Part shown: positions 56,355-64,000 of the stretch, piece by piece
How the letters are laid out: each line of letters begins with the position of its first letter
Numbering within the stretch: the stretch's first letter is position 1
Assembly (NCBI GenBank): GCA_900547555.1
Contig: URHG01000006.1
Coordinates: 7,640 to 71,639 of the forward strand
Length of the DNA stretch: 64,000 bases
Direction: 5' to 3'
Origin: an uncultured Porphyromonadaceae bacterium
Lineage (GTDB): Bacteria > Bacteroidota > Bacteroidia > Bacteroidales > UBA11471
Notes under the pieces: model-generated
Told to the model about the DNA's origin: nothing
Databases searched by the model: none
Seen by the model: the letters and a program-made list of their open reading frames with translations, nothing else
Translations under genes and position numbers: made by a program

Positions 56355-57530
56355 ATGAATAATTTTTCTTTTCACAGCCCTACCGAGTTTGTATTCGGAA
56401 AAGATACGGAAAAACAGACCGGCCTTTTGTGTAAGAAGTACGGGGCAACACGAGTATTGATTGTATATGGTGGCGGTTCGGTTGTACGTAGCGGCCTATT
56501 ACAACGGGTGGAACAATCGTTGGAAGATGCCGGTATATCTTATGTCGAGCTGGGTGGCATTCAGCCCAATCCTACCGATCCGAAAGTCTATGAAGGGATA
56601 GATCTTGCACGTAGGGAAGGGGTCGATATGTTGTTGCCTGTCGGTGGCGGATCGGTGATAGATACGGCGAAGGCTATTGCTGCCGGAGTTCCTTATGAGG
56701 GAGATTTTTGGGATTTTTTCATACGGAAAGCCATTGTGAAAAGAGCTTTGAAGGTGGGCGTCGTACTTACGATTCCTGCTGCCGGAAGCGAAGGATCCGG
56801 AAACAGTGTTATCACCAAACTCGACGGATTACAGAAATTGAGTCTACGTACCCCTGATGCATTGCGTCCCGTTTTTGCTGTCATGAATCCGGAATTGACT
56901 TATACATTGCCCTCTTTCCAGACGGCATGTGGTATTGTAGACATGATGGCTCATATCATGGAGCGTTATTTTTCCAATACTCCGGGCGTGGAAATTACCG
57001 ACAGGTTGTGTGAGGGAGCGTTGAAAGCGATCATGAAAGAGGCGGCCGTTGTCATGCAGAGACCGACCGATTATGATACCCGTGCCAATTTGATGTGGAG
57101 CGGAACGATTGCACATAACGGTATTTGTGGGGTCGGTCGGGAAGAAGACTGGGCATCGCATTTCATGGAACACGAAGTGAGCGCCGTTTACGATGTGGCT
57201 CACGGTGCGGGATTGGCGGTTATTTTTCCGGCATGGTTGACTTTTATGGCCGAACATCATATTGAAAAAGTTTATCAGTTTTCCGTGCGGGTGATGGATA
57301 TTCCTGCCGGAAAAGATAGAAAGGCCGTTGCATTGGAAGGTATCGATAGGTTGAAAAACTTCTATACATCGATCGGTATGCCTGTCAATTTCGGAGAGCT
57401 GGGAATCGAAAATCCTGATGTCGACTTGCTGGTGAAAAAATTGCATGCAAATAAAGGCGAGCAAGTCGGGTGTTATTTTAAGCTTACATCGGAATACAGC
57501 AGGGAGATATACGAAATAGCTTGTCGATAG
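56355..57530 (+). CDS. iron-containing (group III) alcohol dehydrogenase
   Basis: 391 aa. GGGSVIDTAKAIA motif and metal-binding His cluster (HIMERYF...H...HEVSAVYDVAHGAGL). Confidence 0.88.
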   Translation: MNNFSFHSPTEFVFGKDTEKQTGLLCKKYGATRVLIVYGGGSVVRSGLLQRVEQSLEDAGISYVELGGIQPNPTDPKVYEGIDLARREGVDMLLPVGGGSVIDTAKAIAAGVPYEGDFWDFFIRKAIVKRALKVGVVLTIPAAGSEGSGNSVITKLDGLQKLSLRTPDALRPVFAVMNPELTYTLPSFQTACGIVDMMAHIMERYFSNTPGVEITDRLCEGALKAIMKEAAVVMQRPTDYDTRANLMWSGTIAHNGICGVGREEDWASHFMEHEVSAVYDVAHGAGLAVIFPAWLTFMAEHHIEKVYQFSVRVMDIPAGKDRKAVALEGIDRLKNFYTSIGMPVNFGELGIENPDVDLLVKKLHANKGEQVGCYFKLTSEYSREIYEIACR

Positions 57531-57562
57531 ATAGGATTTGTTGTCGGTTTATTCGGTGAAAA

Positions 57563-58309
57563 ATGTTAAGCAAGAATAAAATAAAATTTATACAATCGTT
57601 GGAGCGGAAAAAGACCCGGAAGGAATACGGGTGTTTTTTGGCCGAAAGCAATAAGTTGGTAGAAGACACGATTGTAGCATTTTCATGCAAATTGTTGGTG
57701 GCGACGTCGGAATGGTTACAGGCGCATCCCGGAGTACGAGCCGACGAAATCGTAGAAGCCTCTCCCGATGAAATATGCCGGGCCTCGTTGCTCTCTTCAC
57801 CACAGGACGTGATAGCCGTTTATGAAATCCCGCAGTACACTGTGCAGCCGGCGTCGTTGTCGCAGCAGTTGGTTTTAGCTCTTGATACGGTACAAGACCC
57901 CGGAAATCTCGGTACGATTGTGCGTATTGCCGACTGGTATGGTATAGAGCATATCCTTTGTTCTCCGCTTTGCGCCGACCTTTACAACCCCAAAGTCGTA
58001 CAAGCTACTATGGGTGCTTTGGCTCGTGTACAAGTACATTATGTCGAGCTGGCCGATTTCCTTTCGCAAATCGATGCTCCGATATACGGAACATTTCTTG
58101 ATGGTGAAAATATTTATACCCAATCTCTTACCCCGTCGGGTGTCATTGTGATGGGAAACGAAGGAAACGGAATATCGCCCGAAGTGAGGAGCCTTGTTAC
58201 TCATACGCTTTTTCTTCCCAGCTATCCCGAAGGTAGAACAACGTCCGAGTCTCTCAATGTCGCGGTTGCAACGGCGGTGGTTTGTTCCGAGTTCCGTCGT
58301 CCCAAATAA
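57563..58309 (+). CDS. TrmH/SpoU-family RNA 2-prime-O-methyltransferase
   Basis: 248 aa. SpoU motifs LDTVQDPGNLGTIVRIA, VMGNEGNGIS and SLNVAVATAV. Confidence 0.85.
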   Translation: MLSKNKIKFIQSLERKKTRKEYGCFLAESNKLVEDTIVAFSCKLLVATSEWLQAHPGVRADEIVEASPDEICRASLLSSPQDVIAVYEIPQYTVQPASLSQQLVLALDTVQDPGNLGTIVRIADWYGIEHILCSPLCADLYNPKVVQATMGALARVQVHYVELADFLSQIDAPIYGTFLDGENIYTQSLTPSGVIVMGNEGNGISPEVRSLVTHTLFLPSYPEGRTTSESLNVAVATAVVCSEFRRPK

Positions 58310-58360
58310 AAAATCTCCGGAGAATATCACCGAAGATTTTTAGGGTATAGAATAATTTTC

Positions 58361-59155
58361 TTATAATCCTTTTGACTTGGCCTCATTCCAAAGTGAGTCC
58401 ATTTCTCCGAGGGTCATTTCTTTAATATTTTTGTTTTGCCGTTTTGCCGCCTCTTCTATGTAGTTAAAACGCCGTATAAATTTTTGATTGGTTCTTTCGA
58501 GTGCGTTTTCGGGGTTGATTTTATGAAGCCTTGCCGCGTTGATGAGGCTGAATAACAGATCTCCGAATTCTTGTTCGGCTTTATTCTCATTCAGGTGGCT
58601 CAGTTCGTTTTCAAATTCCCCGATTTCCTCTTTCACCTTATCCCACACCTGTTCTTTTTCTTCCCAATCAAACCCTACATTACAAGCTTTCTCTTGTATG
58701 CGATAGGCTTTGATAAGGGCGGGCAGAGTATTCGGGACTCCGGCAAGAACGGTTTTGTTTCCTCCTTTTTCTTTTAATTTGAGTGCTTCCCAATTTTGTT
58801 CGACTTGTCCCGATGAATCGACTTGTGTCGACCCGAAAACATGCGGGTGGCGGTAGATTAGTTTTTCGCACAGTGCGTCGCAGACATCGGCTATGTCGTA
58901 TAGCTCTTTTTCTTCTCCTATTTTTGCATAAAAAGCGACATGCAGGAGAACATCGCCCAGTTCTTTTTTTATCGATGCCGGATCGTTGTTGGTAATGGCT
59001 TCACACAATTCGTATGTTTCTTCTATCGTGTTGGCGCGAAGCGATTCGTTGGTTTGTTTGCGATCCCACGGGCATTTGAGCCGTAATTCATCGAGTATGT
59101 CGAGAAAGTGACCGAAAGATTCGATCTTTTCTTCTCTTGTGTGTCGAGGTGTCAT
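58361..59155 (-). CDS. mazG: nucleoside triphosphate pyrophosphohydrolase MazG
   Basis: ORF 58361..59269. ATG 59155 gives MTPRHTREEKIESFGHFLDILDELRLKCPWDRKQT. It has two MazG EExxE/D-type repeats (EETYELCEAI, ELGDVLLHV; EEIGEFENE, EFGDLLFSL). Confidence 0.9.
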   Translation of the reverse strand: MTPRHTREEKIESFGHFLDILDELRLKCPWDRKQTNESLRANTIEETYELCEAITNNDPASIKKELGDVLLHVAFYAKIGEEKELYDIADVCDALCEKLIYRHPHVFGSTQVDSSGQVEQNWEALKLKEKGGNKTVLAGVPNTLPALIKAYRIQEKACNVGFDWEEKEQVWDKVKEEIGEFENELSHLNENKAEQEFGDLLFSLINAARLHKINPENALERTNQKFIRRFNYIEEAAKRQNKNIKEMTLGEMDSLWNEAKSKGL

Positions 59156-59279
59156 ATCGTATATTTTTAGTGAAGGCAAAGGTAAAAATTTCTGACAGAC
59201 GAGCCAATTGACAATGATTAATAGATAAAAAATGACATCATCAATTTCTAAAACTCTCGATTTTCTCAAATAATATGTC

Positions 59280-59287
59280 TATTTTTG
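59280..59287 (+). promoter_or_regulatory. candidate -7 element TATTTTTG
   Basis: 28 nt upstream of ATG 59315. Confidence 0.45.
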
Positions 59288-59314
59288 CAAACTTACAAAT
59301 AATTATGAGTTTCT

Positions 59315-60358
59315 ATGATTCCCAAGATACTGTCGAAAAGCGAAGCCGATGAAATAAGCAGTTGCATCGATGAGGCCGAACACGTCGTCATTGTTTGCCA
59401 TGTGGCACCCGACGGCGATGCGATCGGTTCTTCTTTGGCTTTATGGCATACGTTGACCGATTTGGGTAAAGACGCCTATGTGATCGTTCCCGATCAATAT
59501 CCCGCCAGCCTGCGTTTTTTGAAAGGCTGTAAAGATATACTTGTCTATACCCGTTACACCGACTTTGCTCAAAAATTGATAGAACGAGCCGATTTGATTT
59601 TCTGTTTGGATTTCAATGAGCCGAAACGGGTTGATTCGATGGAGCCGGTTTTGATGGCGTCGAAAGCAAAGAAAATATTGATAGACCATCACTTGTATCC
59701 ATCTTCGTTTTGCGATATAACGATATCTCATCCCGAAATATCTTCGAGTTGTGAAGTGTTGTTCCGTGTAATTTGCAGTTTGGGATTGTTTGAGCAGATG
59801 TCTGTCGATGCGGCCAATGCCATTTATACCGGTATGATGACCGATACAGGAAATTTTACTTATAATTCGAATTATCCCGAAATATATATAACCATAGCCG
59901 AGCTGATAAAGAAAGGTATCAATAAGGATACGATATATGCCCGCATTCACAATACGAATAGCGAGGAGAAATTGCGCTTGAACGGTTTTGCGATTTCGCA
60001 AAAGATGGAGGTGTTTCCCGAGTATGATGCGGCGATAATCAGTTTATCTCAGAAAGAGTTGAACCATTATCATTATCAGAAAGGCGATACCGAGGGTCTT
60101 GTAAATGTCCCTCTTTCTATGGAAAATATTCTTTTTTCGGCTTTCTTGCGGGAAGAATCGAATTTGATAAAAATATCGTTACGCTCCAAAGGAACGTTTC
60201 CTGCTAATAAAATTGCATCGGAGTATTTCAATGGTGGCGGCCATCTGAATGCTGCCGGAGGGGAATTCTATGGTACATTGCAGGAAGCAGAAAATTTGAT
60301 GCATAAAATATTGCCGGTTATCGGAGAATTGGCTATTCAATCAAAAAATGAACAATAA
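59315..60358 (+). CDS. nrnA: DHH/DHHA1 phosphoesterase (NrnA-like oligoribonuclease / pAp phosphatase)
   Basis: 347 aa with motifs HVAPDGDAIGS, LIDHH and GGGHLNAAG. Confidence 0.85.
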   Translation: MIPKILSKSEADEISSCIDEAEHVVIVCHVAPDGDAIGSSLALWHTLTDLGKDAYVIVPDQYPASLRFLKGCKDILVYTRYTDFAQKLIERADLIFCLDFNEPKRVDSMEPVLMASKAKKILIDHHLYPSSFCDITISHPEISSSCEVLFRVICSLGLFEQMSVDAANAIYTGMMTDTGNFTYNSNYPEIYITIAELIKKGINKDTIYARIHNTNSEEKLRLNGFAISQKMEVFPEYDAAIISLSQKELNHYHYQKGDTEGLVNVPLSMENILFSAFLREESNLIKISLRSKGTFPANKIASEYFNGGGHLNAAGGEFYGTLQEAENLMHKILPVIGELAIQSKNEQ

Positions 60359-60956
60359 TATGAATATGAAATTTTTTATAACGATTTCGGTTTTCTTTTC
60401 GGTATTCGCATTTGCCTCTTGCGATGATGGAAAAACATATATAGAGTTGCGTGAGGAAGAAGATCACGCGATAGAGAAATATCTTACGACCGATGGTCGT
60501 TGGGTGGCAGACCTCCCCAGTGACGGAAATTTCCAAACGGCCGAGAATACCGATAATCCACCTTTTTATAGACTCCCCGATGAGGTATATATGCAGATTC
60601 TCTCGATGGGATACCGCGACTCGACCAATAGTTTTTTTGTTGCCGATGATAAAGTTTATTTCCGATATACGCGTATGAGCCTGACCGATTGGGCCGATGG
60701 CATCGTCTCGACTTCGGGAAATATGAATGATGCAAGTGGTGGCAGTGATAAGTATTATTTTACATATACGACGCAAATGGGCTCGAATTACTCGATGTAT
60801 TTTGAGTATGGACTGGGAATCCAATATCCGTTGAGATATGTAGGCAATGGAGCGTTGTTGAATTTGGTCGTTCCGTCTAAAATGGGTTTTGCCAGTGAAA
60901 TTTCTGATGTTATTCCCTATTTATATACCATTAAGTATAACTTGAAAGAAAATTGA
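60348..60956 (+). CDS. lipoprotein (DUF4827-like, tentative)
   Basis: 202 aa with lipobox FASC. An alternative start at 60366 gives MKFFITIS. Its position directly upstream of glmM matches Bacteroides synteny as I recall it. Confidence 0.65.
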   Translation: MNNNMNMKFFITISVFFSVFAFASCDDGKTYIELREEEDHAIEKYLTTDGRWVADLPSDGNFQTAENTDNPPFYRLPDEVYMQILSMGYRDSTNSFFVADDKVYFRYTRMSLTDWADGIVSTSGNMNDASGGSDKYYFTYTTQMGSNYSMYFEYGLGIQYPLRYVGNGALLNLVVPSKMGFASEISDVIPYLYTIKYNLKEN

Positions 60957-60966
60957 TAACCCGTCT

Positions 60967-62355
60967 ATGTCATTGATAAAATCTATTTCAGGAATCAGAG
61001 GAACTATCGGCGGAAAAGCCGGTGAGGGTCTGAATCCGCTTGATATTGTAAAGTTTACGGCAGCCTATGCAACGTTTATACAGCGTACGACAAAGTTGCC
61101 GGTAAAGAAAATCGTTGTGGGAAGAGATGCCCGTGTTTCGGGCGAAATGGTCTCTCACTGCGTAATCGGTACTCTCATGGGTATGGGGTTCGATGTTGTC
61201 GATTTGGGTCTGGCTACTACTCCGACCACCGAACTGGCCGTAGTATGGGAAGCTGCTTGCGGCGGAATTATTCTCACCGCAAGCCACAATCCCAAACAAT
61301 GGAACGCGTTGAAGCTGTTAAATGAGCATGGCGAGTTTCTGAATGCAGATGAAGGTAACGAAGTATTGCGCATAGCAGAAACGGGAGATTTTGAGTTTGT
61401 CGATATTGAAAACTTGGGACATGTAAAAAATGATAATACATCGATAACCAAGCATATAGATAGTGTATTATCTTTAAAATTGGTCGATGTAGAAGCCATT
61501 AAAAAGGCCGGTTTTTCTGTTGCTGTCGATTGTGTGAATTCTGTTGGAGGAATAGCTATACCTGCTTTATTGGAAGCGTTGGGTGTGAAGAAAATCGTTC
61601 CTCTCAACTGTCGTCCCGACGGCCTTTTTCCCCACAATCCCGAGCCTTTGCCCCAGCATCTTACCGAAATATCCGATTTGATGAAAAACGGAGGAATAGA
61701 TGTGGGATTTGTCGTAGATCCTGATGTAGACCGTTTGGCCATTGTTTGTGAAAACGGAGACATGTTTGGCGAAGAATATACGCTTGTTGCTGTATCGGAT
61801 TATGTTTTGCGCCATACTCCCGGTAATACGGTCTCTAATTTGAGTTCTACCCGGGCATTGAGAGACGTAACGCGTTCTTTGGGGGGTGAGTATAGCGCTG
61901 CTGCCGTAGGTGAAGTGAATGTGGTGGCAAAAATGAAAGAGGTCGGTGCTGTCATAGGCGGTGAGGGCAACGGTGGTGTGATTTATCCCGATAGTCATTA
62001 CGGGAGAGATGCCCTTGTGGGTATTGCGTTGTTTTTGACACATTTGGCTAAGGAGAAAAAACAAGTGAGTGAATTGCGTGCCACATATCCGTCGTACGGA
62101 ATGACGAAACAGCGTATAGATTTGACACCCTCTATCGACGTTGATGCCTTGTTGCGGGCTGTCAAAGAACAATATATCCGATACGAGGTTACTGATATAG
62201 ATGGGGTGAAAATCGATTTTCCCGATGGCTGGGTGCATCTGCGAAAATCGAATACAGAGCCGATTATCCGGGTGTATGCCGAGGCGGCGACAGTAGAGTC
62301 TGCTGAAGAAAAAGCTGCTGCCGTTATGGCGGTTATCCGGTCTATGGTAGAGTAG
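60967..62355 (+). CDS. glmM: phosphoglucosamine mutase
   Basis: 462 aa. Phosphoserine loop TASHNP, Mg site DPDVDR, and sugar-binding GGEGNGG. Confidence 0.93.
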   Translation: MSLIKSISGIRGTIGGKAGEGLNPLDIVKFTAAYATFIQRTTKLPVKKIVVGRDARVSGEMVSHCVIGTLMGMGFDVVDLGLATTPTTELAVVWEAACGGIILTASHNPKQWNALKLLNEHGEFLNADEGNEVLRIAETGDFEFVDIENLGHVKNDNTSITKHIDSVLSLKLVDVEAIKKAGFSVAVDCVNSVGGIAIPALLEALGVKKIVPLNCRPDGLFPHNPEPLPQHLTEISDLMKNGGIDVGFVVDPDVDRLAIVCENGDMFGEEYTLVAVSDYVLRHTPGNTVSNLSSTRALRDVTRSLGGEYSAAAVGEVNVVAKMKEVGAVIGGEGNGGVIYPDSHYGRDALVGIALFLTHLAKEKKQVSELRATYPSYGMTKQRIDLTPSIDVDALLRAVKEQYIRYEVTDIDGVKIDFPDGWVHLRKSNTEPIIRVYAEAATVESAEEKAAAVMAVIRSMVE

Positions 62356-62418
62356 GCTGTGCGTTATCTTTTTGTGCAGATAAAAACAAACTCGATAAAT
62401 TTCTTTTCCCGATAGAAT

Positions 62419-63624
62419 ATGAACAGATTGGAATATGAAATCGAACAGTTCCTACGGGGATTGGAATTGAGCGAAGCCGGTGTCGAGTGGACTAAAAGAA
62501 TTGTATGGGTAATTGTCATTTTACTCATTTCTCTTTTGTTGGCGAGAATATTTCGCCATTTTTTTATCCCCATATTACAGAAGATAAGCAAGCGTACCAA
62601 GATACAGTGGGACGACCATTTGTTTCAAGACGATATCATGCATAAGGCCACGAGGCTGATACCTCCTGTGGTCTGGTATTTGCTGTTGCCTTTTGCGTTT
62701 GGAAATACGCCGTATTTGCTGGATATTTTTTTGCGGGGAGCCCAAATATATCTTATCGTGGTATCGTTGATGCTCATCAATTCGGTCATGAATACGTTGT
62801 ATAAGATTTCGAATATGAACGAAACCTTGCGTACGCGACCGTTGAAAGGTGTTTACCAGATGGTGATTTTGGTTTCGAGTTGTATCGGGGCCATATTGAT
62901 TATCAGTATACTTCTCGGGAAAAATGCAACGACGATATTGGCCGGATTGGGAGCTTCGGCAGCCATATTGATGCTCATTTTCAAGGATAGTATTCTCGGT
63001 CTTGTTGCCGGTGTGCAATTGTCGGCCAATGATATGTTGCGTCCCGGCGATTGGATTACAATGAATAAGTACGGTGCCGACGGTTTTGTAACAGAGGTAA
63101 CATTGACCACTGTAAAAATACAAAACTTCGATAAGACGATAACGACAATACCTCCGTATGCCTTAGTGAGTGATTCATTCCAGAATTGGAGGGGCATGTT
63201 TGAAAGCGGTGGCCGGCGTATCAAACGGTCTCTCCTTATCGATGCCCATACGGTGCGATTTTGTACCCGGGAAGAATGTTTGCGTTTTCGAGAGCGACAT
63301 TGGATCGATGAGAATGAAGGACGGGAAGAACGCTCGCTTGTCAATCTGCATGTATATAGGAAGTATGTATTGAATTATTTGCAGCACTCTCCTTATGTAC
63401 ATGGTGATTTGTTGCAGATGGTGCGTATGTTGCAGCCGACGGCAGAAGGTATTCCTATCGAGGTGTACTGTTTTACAAAAGAGACCAACTGGATCAGTTA
63501 TGAAACTCATCAGGGAGAAATTTTCGATCATCTGTTGGCCGTATTGCCCGAGTTCGGGCTGCGAATATTTCAGCGGCCTTCGGGTGTAGATATACAGAAT
63601 TTCGAAATAAAAGAAAGCCGTTAG
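62419..63624 (+). CDS. MscS-family mechanosensitive ion channel
   Basis: 401 aa. Several N-terminal TM helices are followed by an MscS beta-domain (RPGDWITMNKYGADGFVTEVTLTTVKIQNFDKTITTIPP). Confidence 0.88.
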   Translation: MNRLEYEIEQFLRGLELSEAGVEWTKRIVWVIVILLISLLLARIFRHFFIPILQKISKRTKIQWDDHLFQDDIMHKATRLIPPVVWYLLLPFAFGNTPYLLDIFLRGAQIYLIVVSLMLINSVMNTLYKISNMNETLRTRPLKGVYQMVILVSSCIGAILIISILLGKNATTILAGLGASAAILMLIFKDSILGLVAGVQLSANDMLRPGDWITMNKYGADGFVTEVTLTTVKIQNFDKTITTIPPYALVSDSFQNWRGMFESGGRRIKRSLLIDAHTVRFCTREECLRFRERHWIDENEGREERSLVNLHVYRKYVLNYLQHSPYVHGDLLQMVRMLQPTAEGIPIEVYCFTKETNWISYETHQGEIFDHLLAVLPEFGLRIFQRPSGVDIQNFEIKESR

Positions 63625-63723
63625 TCATTATTCCCGTTTTTACCGAATTTATGAGGGCCGATCCCTAAGTCTTTTTACAGGGCTTCTCGTTGGAGTCGGT
63701 TTTTTAGATTCACCTTTTTATTT

Positions 63724-63731
63724 TATCTTTG
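63724..63731 (+). promoter_or_regulatory. candidate -7 element TATCTTTG for lepA
   Basis: 29 nt upstream of ATG 63760. Confidence 0.45.
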
Positions 63732-63759
63732 TACTGAAATTTATCTTGAATATACAGGA

Positions 63760-64000
63760 ATGAAAAATATCCGGAATTTTTGTATCATTGCGCATATCGA
63801 CCACGGTAAGAGTACATTGGCCGATCGCTTGTTGGAATATACGCATACCGTTGCCCCGAAAGACCTGCAAGAACAGGTTTTGGACAATATGGATTTGGAA
63901 AGGGAACGGGGAATTACGATCAAGAGTCATGCCATACAGATGGAATACGGCTATAAGGGAGAAAAATATATTTTGAATCTGATCGATACGCCGGGGCACG
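63760..64000 (+). CDS. lepA: elongation factor 4 (LepA), N-terminal fragment cut by window edge
   Basis: Hand-translated: [28 protein letters not shown]...[17 protein letters not shown]...LIDTPGH. G1 and G3 GTPase motifs and the LepA-specific N-terminus are present. Confidence 0.93.
   Translation, partial: MKNIRNFCIIAHIDHGKSTLADRLLEYTHTVAPKDLQEQVLDNMDLERERGITIKSHAIQMEYGYKGEKYILNLIDTPGH

Noticed and set aside
59156-59269. N-terminal extension of mazG (MRKSRVLEIDDVIFYLL...)
   Set aside because: It is an AT-rich promoter-like region shared with the divergent nrnA promoter. MazG homology starts at ATG 59155.
1-64000. CRISPR arrays, tRNA/rRNA genes, IS elements, integrases, defence or toxin-antitoxin modules
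   Set aside because: I saw no regularly spaced direct repeats, no tRNA T-arm/acceptor patterns in intergenic regions, and no transposase, recombinase, nuclease or ATPase ORFs of defence type. All long ORFs are accounted for by housekeeping or CAZyme genes.

Overview
This 64-kb window reads as a chromosomal segment of a Bacteroidota genome, probably Bacteroidales. The taxon is inferred from four things: frequent TAnnTTTG -7 promoter motifs 20-50 nt upstream of starts, no Shine-Dalgarno sequences, many lipoproteins, and the CAZyme content. The window is densely coded and mostly housekeeping. Genes present: pyrF, prfA, lon, a Phe/Tyr biosynthesis operon (pheA, aminotransferase, DAHP synthase/chorismate mutase, tyrA), mscL, aroE, dnaA, class II RNR, malQ, fabG, ferritin, kduI-kduD, purU-hisH-hisA-(inserted gene)-hisF-hisIE-ftsE, lysC, lysA, nfo, glmM and lepA. 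There is also a 13-kb minus-strand block of periplasmic pectin/rhamnogalacturonan-type enzymes (PL10, PL1, GH78, GH140-like, a 1108-aa two-domain hydrolase, GH43) with no SusC/SusD or regulator. I found no rRNA, tRNA, CRISPR, transposase, integrase or recognisable defence genes. The strongest finding is in the 330-nt leader of the pheA operon (minus strand, 12223 to 11890). It holds two tandem, paralogous leader-peptide attenuators. Each has a short ORF beginning MKH and packed with mixed Phe+Tyr codons (MKHCFSYTYFFYFYFTQK and MKHSFSRFYGFYFFYF...). Each is followed by mutually exclusive antiterminator and terminator helices that I could pair base by base. Secondary observations: a sialidase-like BNR lipoprotein inserted into the his operon; nfo co-transcribed with a GH43 gene inside the CAZyme block; a perfect 14-bp palindrome at the ferritin promoter; a DUF4352-like gene whose N-terminus is split between two frames; and an ambiguous start with a long AT-rich leader for nrdJ. 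All functional calls come from my reading of the supplied translations (motifs, remembered family features). No database search was run.
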